64,000 bases of DNA from contig OX337232.1 in the NCBI GenBank assembly GCA_946965045.2, positions 930,001 through 994,000 of the forward strand, written 5' to 3'. The position numbers and the translations under genes are program-made. Under the pieces are notes generated by a model. It did not search any database and was not told the DNA's origin. It saw only the letters and a program-made list of their open reading frames with translations. Within the stretch, counting starts at the first letter, position 1; each line of letters opens with the position of its first letter. Positions 55,430-64,000 of this stretch are shown piece after piece. Source of the stretch: Epithemia pelagica. Lineage: Eukaryota; Protista; Bacillariophyta.

Positions 55430-58400
55430 TCACAACGACACGGTAATATTGCACGCTTCCGCAAACGTGATGCCACTGTCCGGGTCAATCGGTTGCGGCT
55501 CGGGAAAGCCAAACAACGTCACACATTCACACAACGGGGGTCTTCCGTCGGACCCACACGTGTAAATGGCTTCACACAGGGCCCGGGTCGTGTCGTGACA
55601 GCCAATCACATCCGTGTAGTCGGCATTGCAGCGAATCTGTTGAAAATTTTGGGCCCGATCATCAATCATGGGCACAATATCACGCTCCGGGATAATGTTA
55701 AAGGTGTACCGATCCAACTCTTCGGTCGACACGGGGGGATCCAGGGAACGACGGGTCAGCATGGTGTTGGGTCCCGAAAGAGCCACGGAGGGAACATGCG
55801 CAATGGCTCCCGTCATCATGGACAAACCGCCACCCAACGAATGGCCCGTGACGGCCACACCGCCATAGTCCCCACTCTGCAGGAATTCCGCAAAGCGCAC
55901 CGTGTCCTTGTAAAAGCTAATCTCCTCAATGGAGTTACTTTCAATGGCCGTGAGCGCTCGGATGAACGATGGCATGACAGGGGCCCAGATGGAGCCAAAG
56001 GGTAAGAGTTCACGTAAGAATTGCATCATAAAGGCCGGACTCCACAGCTGCGCATCCGTCAAGGCCTCCCATTGATTTGTGGTGCCGCGGATCGCAAGAT
56101 ACGCAAAATCCCTAGAAACACCGTCCGTCGACTCGCGCATTGGATAGGTAATCAGCTTGAACGACACTTGCGAATCCACAGAATTCTCTTCTCGATAGGA
56201 AGAAACCAAACTAGGCTGGTCCTTCGCCACACCTTCCCCAAACCATGAATCCAACTCTTGCTGGGTGATATTCCCACGATACGCAACGCGTGCCAAAAAT
56301 ATGTAGTCGGCCATTGATGTGAGTGGGCTTTCCTGCAAGTCACTAGTAATGTGACAGGTAGGATAGCGCAACGAATCCTCCACAGGCTGGTATTCAAAGT
56401 CATTCAGGTATGTATACGATGGATCTTCGATTTCCTCCGATTCTTGATCAGTGCCCAATGCTCCCGCAAAAAGTGCCAAGTACGCAAAAGCAATCACGGA
56501 AATCAACAGCACCCAGAAGCGGCGACTTCGGCCTCGTGTAATGTTTCCGACGATATCGTCAAGGCGGGACTGATTCTTCCATAGTTCGCGTTCAGACTTT
56601 CCATCCACCAAATCTATGCGGCCAACTTCTTCCATAACAATTGCCGCATTCACATAGTGCCGTAGACCTGAAACGCCCACAATCAAAAAGTAAAGGAGAC
56701 CTAGGGGCCAGTTCCCAATTGAAAATAATGACACGGTCGGCCAAAGGAAGAGGAATATGAATTCAATCCAAAACAGAACCCACGCAAATCTTGGTGAAGG
56801 AGACGTGACACGGTATGATTCACTGACAAGATAGAGCCCCTCACTATCCGACCCGGCCAACCTGTCAGACCCCACACGACGCCTCTCACTGAAAGTAACG
56901 TCCTCCAGGTCACGTTCTGTCGCATATGCTTCATTTTGTTTCTCATCTTTGCTTGTTGTTCGCCCTTTGATGATATCCTTCCCAACCTTGTAGAGCCGGT
57001 ATGAGCTTCTAAAGTTTGGGATGGACAAGAGAACAGCAATGGCCAGAATGAACCCAGTCGCTGCCGCGCCAGCTTCCAAATAAACCAGGACCGACAAGAT
57101 GATGAAAAAGACCAAAAAGGACCCAATCGCCGAGCACGCAATGGATGACTTCATCTGCGCTCTCGTCACCGCTCCCGATCCATGAATAATGGCAATGTAT
57201 CGCGAATTGCGTGGACGGCAAAAGAGTTTTTCCAGTGACCAAGTGTGGGACGTGATGAAAGGACGAACATCTCGAGCATCGTCTACCGAAAAGAAACGCA
57301 CAGGCTCCTCGTACGCTTCAAACCAACCACACCTTTGGAAAAAACGACCAAAGAGAGCTCGCCAATTCAACTGTTCCTTCAGGGTCCCTTCTACCAAATC
57401 CCCCTCTGCATTCTTGTCGGTGGCCTCGGAGTTTTCAATACGTCCCCTCGAAACATAGGTGCGATTCATGCTTCCACCATAGGTCGCTGTTTGGCGCATG
57501 ACGATGGATCTTTTCAGGACGGCAAAGAACGAATCATCATCGTCTATGGCAACAGCAAAAAAAAGATGAGAGTTTACTGAGAAAACGAGGGCATGACCAG
57601 TTCCACACAAAAACACTACGCGTAGTTGCATACATACCATTGAACCGATTTCGCATGACTTCCATGCACGCCCGAACCTCATAGAAAACGACGTTAATGG
57701 TAAAGAGAACAAAGAAGAAGGCGATGCAACTGACCCAGAAGACACCAGTGATGGCCCACCAGTCATCCGTGCCCGAAAGCAAGGTAAAGCACATGAGAAG
57801 CAGAGGGAATCCCAAAAAGAAGGCAAAAAAGATCCACTCCACTACGAGTGTCGATAACTTTTTGAAGGAAAAGTTGCGAACCAGTCGATGTCCCCGGAAG
57901 GTATCCATGACAAAGGCACCAGCAATCACCATGCCCGCCGACAGGCCGTGTACCAACGGGATGATACCCAGAATCGCACCGGCTGCGGCCGGTCCTTTTG
58001 CATCTTGCTGGTCGGTGATACCCAGTTGAATGGCAAGATCCAAAAACAAAAAGAGCAACAACTGCATGCAAAAGACAAACAAAAATCCGGTCCAAAAAGC
58101 GGTGACAATGGTGTAAGTCAATCTTAAGAGTCGCAAGCCTTCATTCGAATCTTGAATTCGTCGAATGGTAATTTCGTCACGGTCCGTCTCCTTATTGTAG
58201 GACTCTTCCAGGACGAATTGAAACTCGTTCCCTTCAATGACACGTGCGGCACCTCGCGAGTTGCGGTATCGGACCACCGACGACGGAATGGAGAGGGTAA
58301 AGTGGTCCTTGAGACTGGCCACCGTCGGTCCTCCATTCTTGGACGACTGGGCTCTTCGTTGACGCACTTCGACTGCATTCAAAACGTACGACTTGTCGGT

Positions 58401-58499
58401 GTCATTGTACTCATTGTAATCGCTATCGTCTGATAAAGGTCCTCCTTCGTCGTGGTGGTGTTCTTCCGGAGGATCCTCTTTAAAACGTTCCCGTCCCAT
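55430..58499 (-). CDS. Multi-pass membrane protein with a C-terminal class-3 lipase domain, at least 2 exons (intron 57544-57637)
   Basis: About 9 hydrophobic helices, then YLAIRGT, VAVTGHSLGGG, IIPERDIVPMID, CH. The gtatgt..catag intron restores the frame (RFN|DDDDSFF). Confidence 0.85.
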
Positions 58500-59305
58500 T
58501 GCCTCCTTTTTTGCTCGTCGTCGTGTATTAGTCGTGCCGTGCAGTTATAGAGGTTGACCTCTCCTTCTCCGCCGCAATGCCCAATGATGCCAGTAAGAGA
58601 AATCGTTCGTCTTGCGTGCAATCGTGTGACGGAACGCAGGATTGTTCGAAGAGACACTACGACAAACATCCTTGGCACGTGCCGTTTCGGTCTGTCCGAG
58701 AGATCGCAGTCGGTTCTGTCACCGAAAACTTGGTCCGTTGAGATTTGTAAACAAGATTCTAAATCTAAACGATAGACACATAGTTTTGCCGAAGGCCTCT
58801 GAAACCAAAAATGGCTCCAGGGCGGGGAAGGGGAAATTTTAAGATTAGCTAACTAGAATCGTTGCGATCTCGAACTCGTCTCGTAGTCGTTGCAAAGATG
58901 CTGAACCCAAGAAGAGTGAGCTCTTCTCACGCTCCAACGACTCTGCATCAGGGTCATCCTAAAACTTCCGATTGTGGGAATCAAATCGGATGCTCGCCTC
59001 GCGTCGAGGAGGCGGAGCAGTCGCACCTCTGTTGTCGGTCGCGGAGTCTGGCCAGCATCGGCCACGTCACTCCACCCAGTACAGACACCGAAGAGACACT
59101 ACGACAAACATCCTTGGCACGTGCCGTTTCGGTCTGTCCGAGAGATCGCAGTCGGTTCTGTCACCGAAAACTTGGTCCGTTGAGATTTGTAAACAAGATT
59201 CTAAATCTAAACGATAGACACATAGTTTTGCCGAAGGCCTCTGAAACCAAAAATGGCTCCACTACCATCAAACCCGATATTACAATCCAACGATGTCCAG
59301 CTGGG

Positions 59306-60670
59306 CTAGAAGTCAAGATGGAGAGTGGTGGGGAAGTGATGTTGGGGATCTTGGCCATTGAAGGTGTTAAAGAGGTTTTCATCCGGTGATTCGAGAGCAG
59401 TCTCGCTGTTCGTTTGAAGCGCTGGATCAACGAGGTTGTCGAGTCGGTTCCGCAGTTGTTCCAAGGAGGCGATGCGGGAAGCTGTTGTTGAGTTATCAAC
59501 ATGCCGAAAGTCGGTGGTGTTGAGCATTAATTGGGCCATGCCCGTGGTCCATTCAAGAACCTGTGGTCGGATATATTTCATGAAAGCGGTCGAACTCCAT
59601 CTTCCAAGAATCATGATCTTGACGACGGAACAATCAGCCAGGAACAGGGCCATGGCGGCTCCTGATCTGAGAGAGTGCGTGCCGATATCCATTGGGTGGT
59701 AGCCAAAGGCGTTGAATCCGCCGCCCAATACACAGGTTTCGCGTAGCAGGTTGCGAGTGTCTTCTTGTCGGACAAAGCGTGGGGGAAGGGATGGGTTGGA
59801 TGGGTCAAACCAACAATTTACTGTCGTGGATGGGGGAGCTTTCGGACGGTAGTGGAGGATCCGACGAATGACGCGGCCCCAGAGGAGGACGGGGTCGAGG
59901 ATTGGGTCATTCGTTTTGCTCTGGGTGCGAGTTTCAGCTTTGTGGTTGTTCTTTTGTTCGCGAAAGGTTATTGATACGTATTTCGCGAGGTGGTGGAAGT
60001 CTGGATGATTTGCGGCGATTGTTTCATGTTTCTTTGCTGTGTAAAAGACGACGTCGCCGATGGTTAGGAGTTTGGTCTTGCCTCGGTGGGGTACGGTCGT
60101 GAGTTCACAGCTTCGGCATCCAAAGAAGAACCCACAGCCGGCAAGGTCGGCGACGACGGCCTTGAATGTGGAGAAGTCGTAGACTCGTGGTGGGTTGGTG
60201 AGTCGGGTGTTGCGACAACTGTGGAGCCAGAGAAACCGGAGATGTTTGGCAGTAACGGCTTTTTCTCGTTTCTCGGGGGGATCCAGATTTGACCACGCGC
60301 GTTTGAGGGAAGCGACGAGGGGGTGGACGTGATGGCTGTCTTGACAGTGGCAGGGGCTCGGCCGGTCATGATGCCGGAAGCACGATGCCAAGTCTCCAAT
60401 GGCTTGGCTAAGAGTGCTTGCTCGAAGAGGTTGCGAGCGGTCGCGATTCTTGGTGTATTCGGCATCGCGGAGGGCTTGTAAGAAGGAACATGCGATGCTG
60501 GCTCTGTGGTTGGTTGCTCTGACGGACTCGAGGAGTGGGTCGTGACCGAATCCAATCCTGTCGAGATGTTCTGTCCATCGTTGCCAACATTGGTCGCGCT
60601 TTTGGTGTGCTCCTTCGGTCTTGCCGAAGAAGATTCGGGACACGCTGGCACGATCGAGGAGATCCAACAT
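59306..60670 (-). CDS. Tyrosine recombinase of the Ngaro element
   Basis: FFFGCRSCEL (R), FREQKN (K), GTHSLRSGAA (HxxR), LGRWSSTAFMKYIR (W,Y). Overlaps the 3' 607 bp of pol in another frame. Confidence 0.92.
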   Translation of the reverse strand: MLDLLDRASVSRIFFGKTEGAHQKRDQCWQRWTEHLDRIGFGHDPLLESVRATNHRASIACSFLQALRDAEYTKNRDRSQPLRASTLSQAIGDLASCFRHHDRPSPCHCQDSHHVHPLVASLKRAWSNLDPPEKREKAVTAKHLRFLWLHSCRNTRLTNPPRVYDFSTFKAVVADLAGCGFFFGCRSCELTTVPHRGKTKLLTIGDVVFYTAKKHETIAANHPDFHHLAKYVSITFREQKNNHKAETRTQSKTNDPILDPVLLWGRVIRRILHYRPKAPPSTTVNCWFDPSNPSLPPRFVRQEDTRNLLRETCVLGGGFNAFGYHPMDIGTHSLRSGAAMALFLADCSVVKIMILGRWSSTAFMKYIRPQVLEWTTGMAQLMLNTTDFRHVDNSTTASRIASLEQLRNRLDNLVDPALQTNSETALESPDENLFNTFNGQDPQHHFPTTLHLDF

Positions 60671-63603
60671 AGTATTTCGTTGGGTAAGGGATTGATGTGA
60701 AAATTCTCGGGAATCTGCGACATAAAATTTTCATGAAGAAAAAGGGTAAGTTCGTTATCGTTAAGATGCCAGTGTCGTGACAAGATATCTGACACATCGT
60801 TCTTGCTCCCTGGAATATGCTCGGCTTGAAGGGAGAACTTGTGGTGAAGAATAAGTTCTGTTAGCTTCTTGGAGACTTGGACATGCAACGGCTTGTCAGA
60901 TCCGAAGGATGATTTGTACATCCAGCCGACGGCGGACGAGTTGTCGGAGAGACTCAGTACGGCCGAGTTTTCTGCGATGCCATCGAACCAACAATCAACC
61001 CACATTGACACAACAATTGCGATGTATTCAAAGAGATTGTTGGTGCGTGTGTTGGTGGATGATGGGTCGAGTTGGGCAAGGGCTTGGAGTCTTGCTTGGT
61101 CAATTCGGAATCGCCATGCTCGGCCGGATCGCACCGAGTAACCGCCCATCCCTTCGGGGCAGGAGTCGGCATGGAAGAGGTGGGTGGGAACGCGACAAAC
61201 CAGTCGATTGAGCGAGATGCCGTTGTGGGCATGTTGGAGGAGAGATGGCCACATTTCAAGATCCTTGGCGATGGAGTCTGGAATGGAGTACCGATAGAAT
61301 GCTGGAGGGACGTCTCGGTTGGGTCGAGGACGTTTCGGATTCTTGTTCGTCTCTGGTGGTTTTGCTTTCTGTTTTTGTCGGAACGCCCGTTCAATGAAGG
61401 TTTGGTACTCGCGAAGGCGAGACAACCAAAAGGATGCGTGGGGTATGCCTTTAGTGGCATGTAGTAATTTTCCAATCAAGCTACGGAGGTTGTGGAAGGT
61501 GGTTCGACGGGTCTTGAGAAGATGTTGGACTTCTCGGGTCCAACCAATCAGTTTATCTTTTGGGAGACGAAGGAGAAGTCGTCTTGTGTCAACAATCCAC
61601 CCGAGAACTCGTTGTTCTTCAGCGGGTGCACCTTCGGCTTCAAGTTTATCGGCTTCCAGCATGTCTTTTCGTGTAATTGGCTCATCCTTGGCAACTGGTC
61701 TTGTCATGAGATGGACGACGAGAGGAACGATGCTAGGGCATCGGCCAAGGTGAGGGTTGGTTGCAAGGAAGACTTGGATCATATCATCCAGATATGAGTC
61801 GTGAAAACCATGGGGACGTGGTGGGACAGAGACTGCCAATTCACATGCTGCGACGATTGGAACTTCCTCTGGTAAATATTTGGGTCCTCCAATTCCTTCT
61901 TGGAGTGGCGATTGACAAAGGTCTGGCTGCCATTCATCGAAATCGGCCAGGTCGTTGCAGAAGTCAGTTCCAATTTCCGAGACGATGGAAAATTCGGCCG
62001 GGTTGGCGGATGCTCCAAAGGTCAACCGGAGATTGAGGTGAGCAAAGGAATTGGAGGGATCGATGGTAATGTTCCTTGCTGCGACATCGCCATCGCCATG
62101 GACGCGACGATAGGCAGATGACCAATCAAACTTGCTGATGAGGATACGATCGGTGGGAAATTCCCAACGCAATGCAACAATCTGGTGGAGAACACGGTCT
62201 AAACAGTGGCCCATCACAAGGTCAATCAATTTGCTTTGGTCGATCAAGTCGTTGGTCGAGGGGCAAAATCCGAGGGAAAAGGACTGGTCGTGTGTCAAGC
62301 GGTCTTTTGGAACAAGGTCGCCGTTGGCATCGATGCCAAGTTGGTGAGCGACGCCCATGGGACTGATTCGGCTGTGCTTGATACGTTTGGCACAGTCGAA
62401 GGTGATGGGAAGGGAGAAACCTTTCGAAGCGTCTTTGCGGAGGACTTTCGAGAGAGCTTCTGGATTCTTTTTACCAGAGGCGTGATTGCCGTATTCGAGG
62501 ATTGCCTCGTTTTCAGCGCGTCTGGCTGGCTCGTCTTCCTCAGCTGTGAGAGGATAGGAGACACCATGCGTGATATTGTGGTGAAACCGTGACCAGTATG
62601 GGTGGCCGGCTAGGAGTGGTTCGAGAATTTGGGCTGTGCGAAATTCCGAGCCGGGTGTGATGACGGAGTCGGGGTGACTGTCGATCACTCGTTGCATGTC
62701 AAAATCAAACCGTTCAATCAGCTGTGAGTTGAAGGTTGCATTGGACAAAACAACAGAATCGTCGATAGAGTGACGAAAGGGTGATGGCTTGGGGGTTGAT
62801 GGCTTGTGGTCGGCGATGAAAAGCATGACGGAAAGACGAATTGGGTGGCTAATCGGTTGGAGCGGAGGAGGGGCCAGTCTTGAGGGAAAAATCTTGGAAA
62901 TCTCATTGGGAAGGTAGCATAGAGCGGAACTTGGGGAACGAAACTCTGTGTCATCAGCAATGTTAGACTCACCTAGTAAATTTAAATCCGCTTTTCGAGC
63001 TTGTTCAAGTCTTTTCACATTTCGTTGTAATGGCTTGCCGGAAAAATCAGACCCGATGATTGCAGAGGAGCTCCCTGGGAGAGATTCCGCAATTTGTGAG
63101 GGCAGATTTTCGGAAAGGGAACTTGGGGGACTTGGGGGTCTTGTTGGGGTGCCAACGGAAAAGGAGTCTCTTGCGAGATCCTTCGAGGTTGGTTGGGAAC
63201 GATTGGTGGCAATCGTGGAATTGGTGGGGGATGCGTCAACGGACGAACGGATCTTGGGAGCAGAATCAGATGTGATGACACATTGATTCTGAACGGACGA
63301 GATCAGATCGGAGAGTTCTCGTTGACGAGTCTCGGGGTATCTTGAGTAATCTTGTGTGACATGATGAACCAGAAAAGGGTTCGCAGTGCTTGGAATCTTG
63401 GGTTTTTGGTCAGACGACGGTATCGCCAATGGAGGGAGGAAGGATGCAACAATGTTGGATGCGGAAGGTGATGAAGGTGAAAGAGGCTTGGAGTAAGAAG
63501 AAGACTCCGCGATTATAATTTTACTATTATCGGTGGGTCGAGAGTCGTCTCGCAAAAAGGAAGATGAATTCGATGATGAAGAAACAATCAACCCGTCCTG
63601 GCG
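60064..63603 (-). CDS. Reverse transcriptase-RNase H (pol) of the Ngaro element
   Basis: KFDWSSAYRR, RLTFGASANP, SYLDDM, LGWIVDT; RNase H ADSCPEGMGG, NLFEY, SDNSSAVGW, HIPGSKNDVSDILSR. Confidence 0.92.
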   Translation of the reverse strand, partial: RQDGLIVSSSSNSSSFLRDDSRPTDNSKIIIAESSSYSKPLSPSSPSASNIVASFLPPLAIPSSDQKPKIPSTANPFLVHHVTQDYSRYPETRQRELSDLISSVQNQCVITSDSAPKIRSSVDASPTNSTIATNRSQPTSKDLARDSFSVGTPTRPPSPPSSLSENLPSQIAESLPGSSSAIIGSDFSGKPLQRNVKRLEQARKADLNLLGESNIADDTEFRSPSSALCYLPNEISKIFPSRLAPPPLQPISHPIRLSVMLFIADHKPSTPKPSPFRHSIDDSVVLSNATFNSQLIERFDFDMQRVIDSHPDSVITPGSEFRTAQILEPLLAGHPYWSRFHHNITHGVSYPLTAEEDEPARRAENEAILEYGNHASGKKNPEALSKVLRKDASKGFSLPITFDCAKRIKHSRISPMGVAHQLGIDANGDLVPKDRLTHDQSFSLGFCPSTNDLIDQSKLIDLVMGHCLDRVLHQIVALRWEFPTDRILISKFDWSSAYRRVHGDGDVAARNITIDPSNSFAHLNLRLTFGASANPAEFSIVSEIGTDFCNDLADFDEWQPDLCQSPLQEGIGGPKYLPEEVPIVAACELAVSVPPRPHGFHDSYLDDMIQVFLATNPHLGRCPSIVPLVVHLMTRPVAKDEPITRKDMLEADKLEAEGAPAEEQRVLGWIVDTRRLLLRLPKDKLIGWTREVQHLLKTRRTTFHNLRSLIGKLLHATKGIPHASFWLSRLREYQTFIERAFRQKQKAKPPETNKNPKRPRPNRDVPPAFYRYSIPDSIAKDLEMWPSLLQHAHNGISLNRLVCRVPTHLFHADSCPEGMGGYSVRSGRAWRFRIDQARLQALAQLDPSSTNTRTNNLFEYIAIVVSMWVDCWFDGIAENSAVLSLSDNSSAVGWMYKSSFGSDKPLHVQVSKKLTELILHHKFSLQAEHIPGSKNDVSDILSRHWHLNDNELTLFLHENFMSQIPENFHINPLPNEILCWISSIVPACPESSSARPKEHTKSATNVGNDGQNISTGLDSVTTHSSSPSEQPTTEPASHVPSYKPSAMPNTPRIATARNLFEQALLAKPLETWHRASGIMTGRAPATVKTAITSTPSSLPSNARGQIWIPPRNEKKPLLPNISGFSGSTVVATPDSPTHHESTTSPHSRPSSPTLPAVGSSLDAEAVNSRPYPTEARPNS

Positions 63604-64000
63604 TCAATTGTGATTCGCATTGGCATATGCGGATCGGTAGAACTCGTCCATGGCCTCTTTCTTGTTGTGTTTGCTGGGATCATCATGAAGAAATTTACAT
63701 TTCTTGCCTTTCTTGCAGATTCCTTTGGTGAACAAGATGTTGCAAAAATGTTGCTTCTTCCCCCCATCTTTCGTCACGAAGGGGATGTTGGAAAGAACGC
63801 TTGGTGGGAACACACTCATGTAATTGGATTCGGGTGGAAGTCGCCAATTGGATGGGGAGTCAAAAGTGATGGGAGTCTTGGGTGGGTCAGAGTTCGACGA
63901 AGATGAATTCTGTTGACGCTTGGGATTGGAAGGACCGTCATCAGAACCTGCCGAACGTTTCTTTTGGGAGTGCTTGAGTTGGTTGGCTTGGAATTTGGCT
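63604..64000 (-). CDS. 3' end of the gag-like ORF with a CCCH zinc finger (partial)
   Basis: FCNILFTKGICKKGKKCKFLH; the ORF enters from the window edge. Confidence 0.75.
   Translation of the reverse strand, partial: AKFQANQLKHSQKKRSAGSDDGPSNPKRQQNSSSSNSDPPKTPITFDSPSNWRLPPESNYMSVFPPSVLSNIPFVTKDGGKKQHFCNILFTKGICKKGKKCKFLHDDPSKHNKKEAMDEFYRSAYANANHN

Larger units (their letters stand above)
58647..64000 (-). mobile_element. Ngaro/DIRS-class tyrosine-recombinase retrotransposon; 5' end outside the window
   Basis: gag(CCCH)-RT/RNaseH-YR ORFs. 173-bp direct repeats at 58647-58819 and 59089-59261 separated by a 269-bp spacer, matching the 3' B1-A2-B2 split-direct-repeat layout of Ngaro. Confidence 0.9.

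Noticed and set aside
1-64000. tRNA, rRNA or snRNA genes
   Set aside because: No cloverleaf or rRNA-like sequence was recognised by eye; a tRNAscan/Infernal run would be needed to exclude them.

Overview
Eukaryotic genomic DNA, most likely from a pennate diatom. The assignment rests on bipartite signal+plastid transit peptides with Phe after the cleavage site, short GT-AG introns with CTAAC branch points, and a CoDi-like copia element. Host genes occupy roughly 3.7-20 kb and 44.7-58.5 kb: a helical-repeat protein, a plastid tandem-domain protein, a 3008-aa repeat protein, GPDH, a FAD amine-oxidase-like protein, an NDUFA1-like protein, ALKBH1, a CbbY-like HAD hydrolase, an EEARLA-repeat protein and a membrane class-3 lipase. 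The rest is mobile DNA. (i) 1-3553: a probable DNA-transposon end carrying an integrase-tail/CXC gene convergent with a frameshifted TET/JBP-like 2OG-Fe(II) dioxygenase. (ii) 20.4-31.7 kb: a nest of MITEs (one hAT-type with an 8-bp TSD), a decayed four-gene PIF/Harbinger-type DDE element and a duplicated ~1.2-kb repeat. (iii) 31750-37368: an intact, young Ty1/copia element with matching 386-bp LTRs and a GAATC TSD. Its primer-binding site is not tRNA-like but is the exact complement of the predicted 5' end of its own transcript, suggesting Tf1-style self-priming. (iv) 37.7-44.3 kb: three Crinkler-like REase+kinase genes. (v) 58647->64000: an Ngaro-type tyrosine-recombinase retrotransposon with split direct repeats, whose gag and pol are in one frame separated by a single TGA. 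All family assignments come from motif recognition by eye; no database searches were run.
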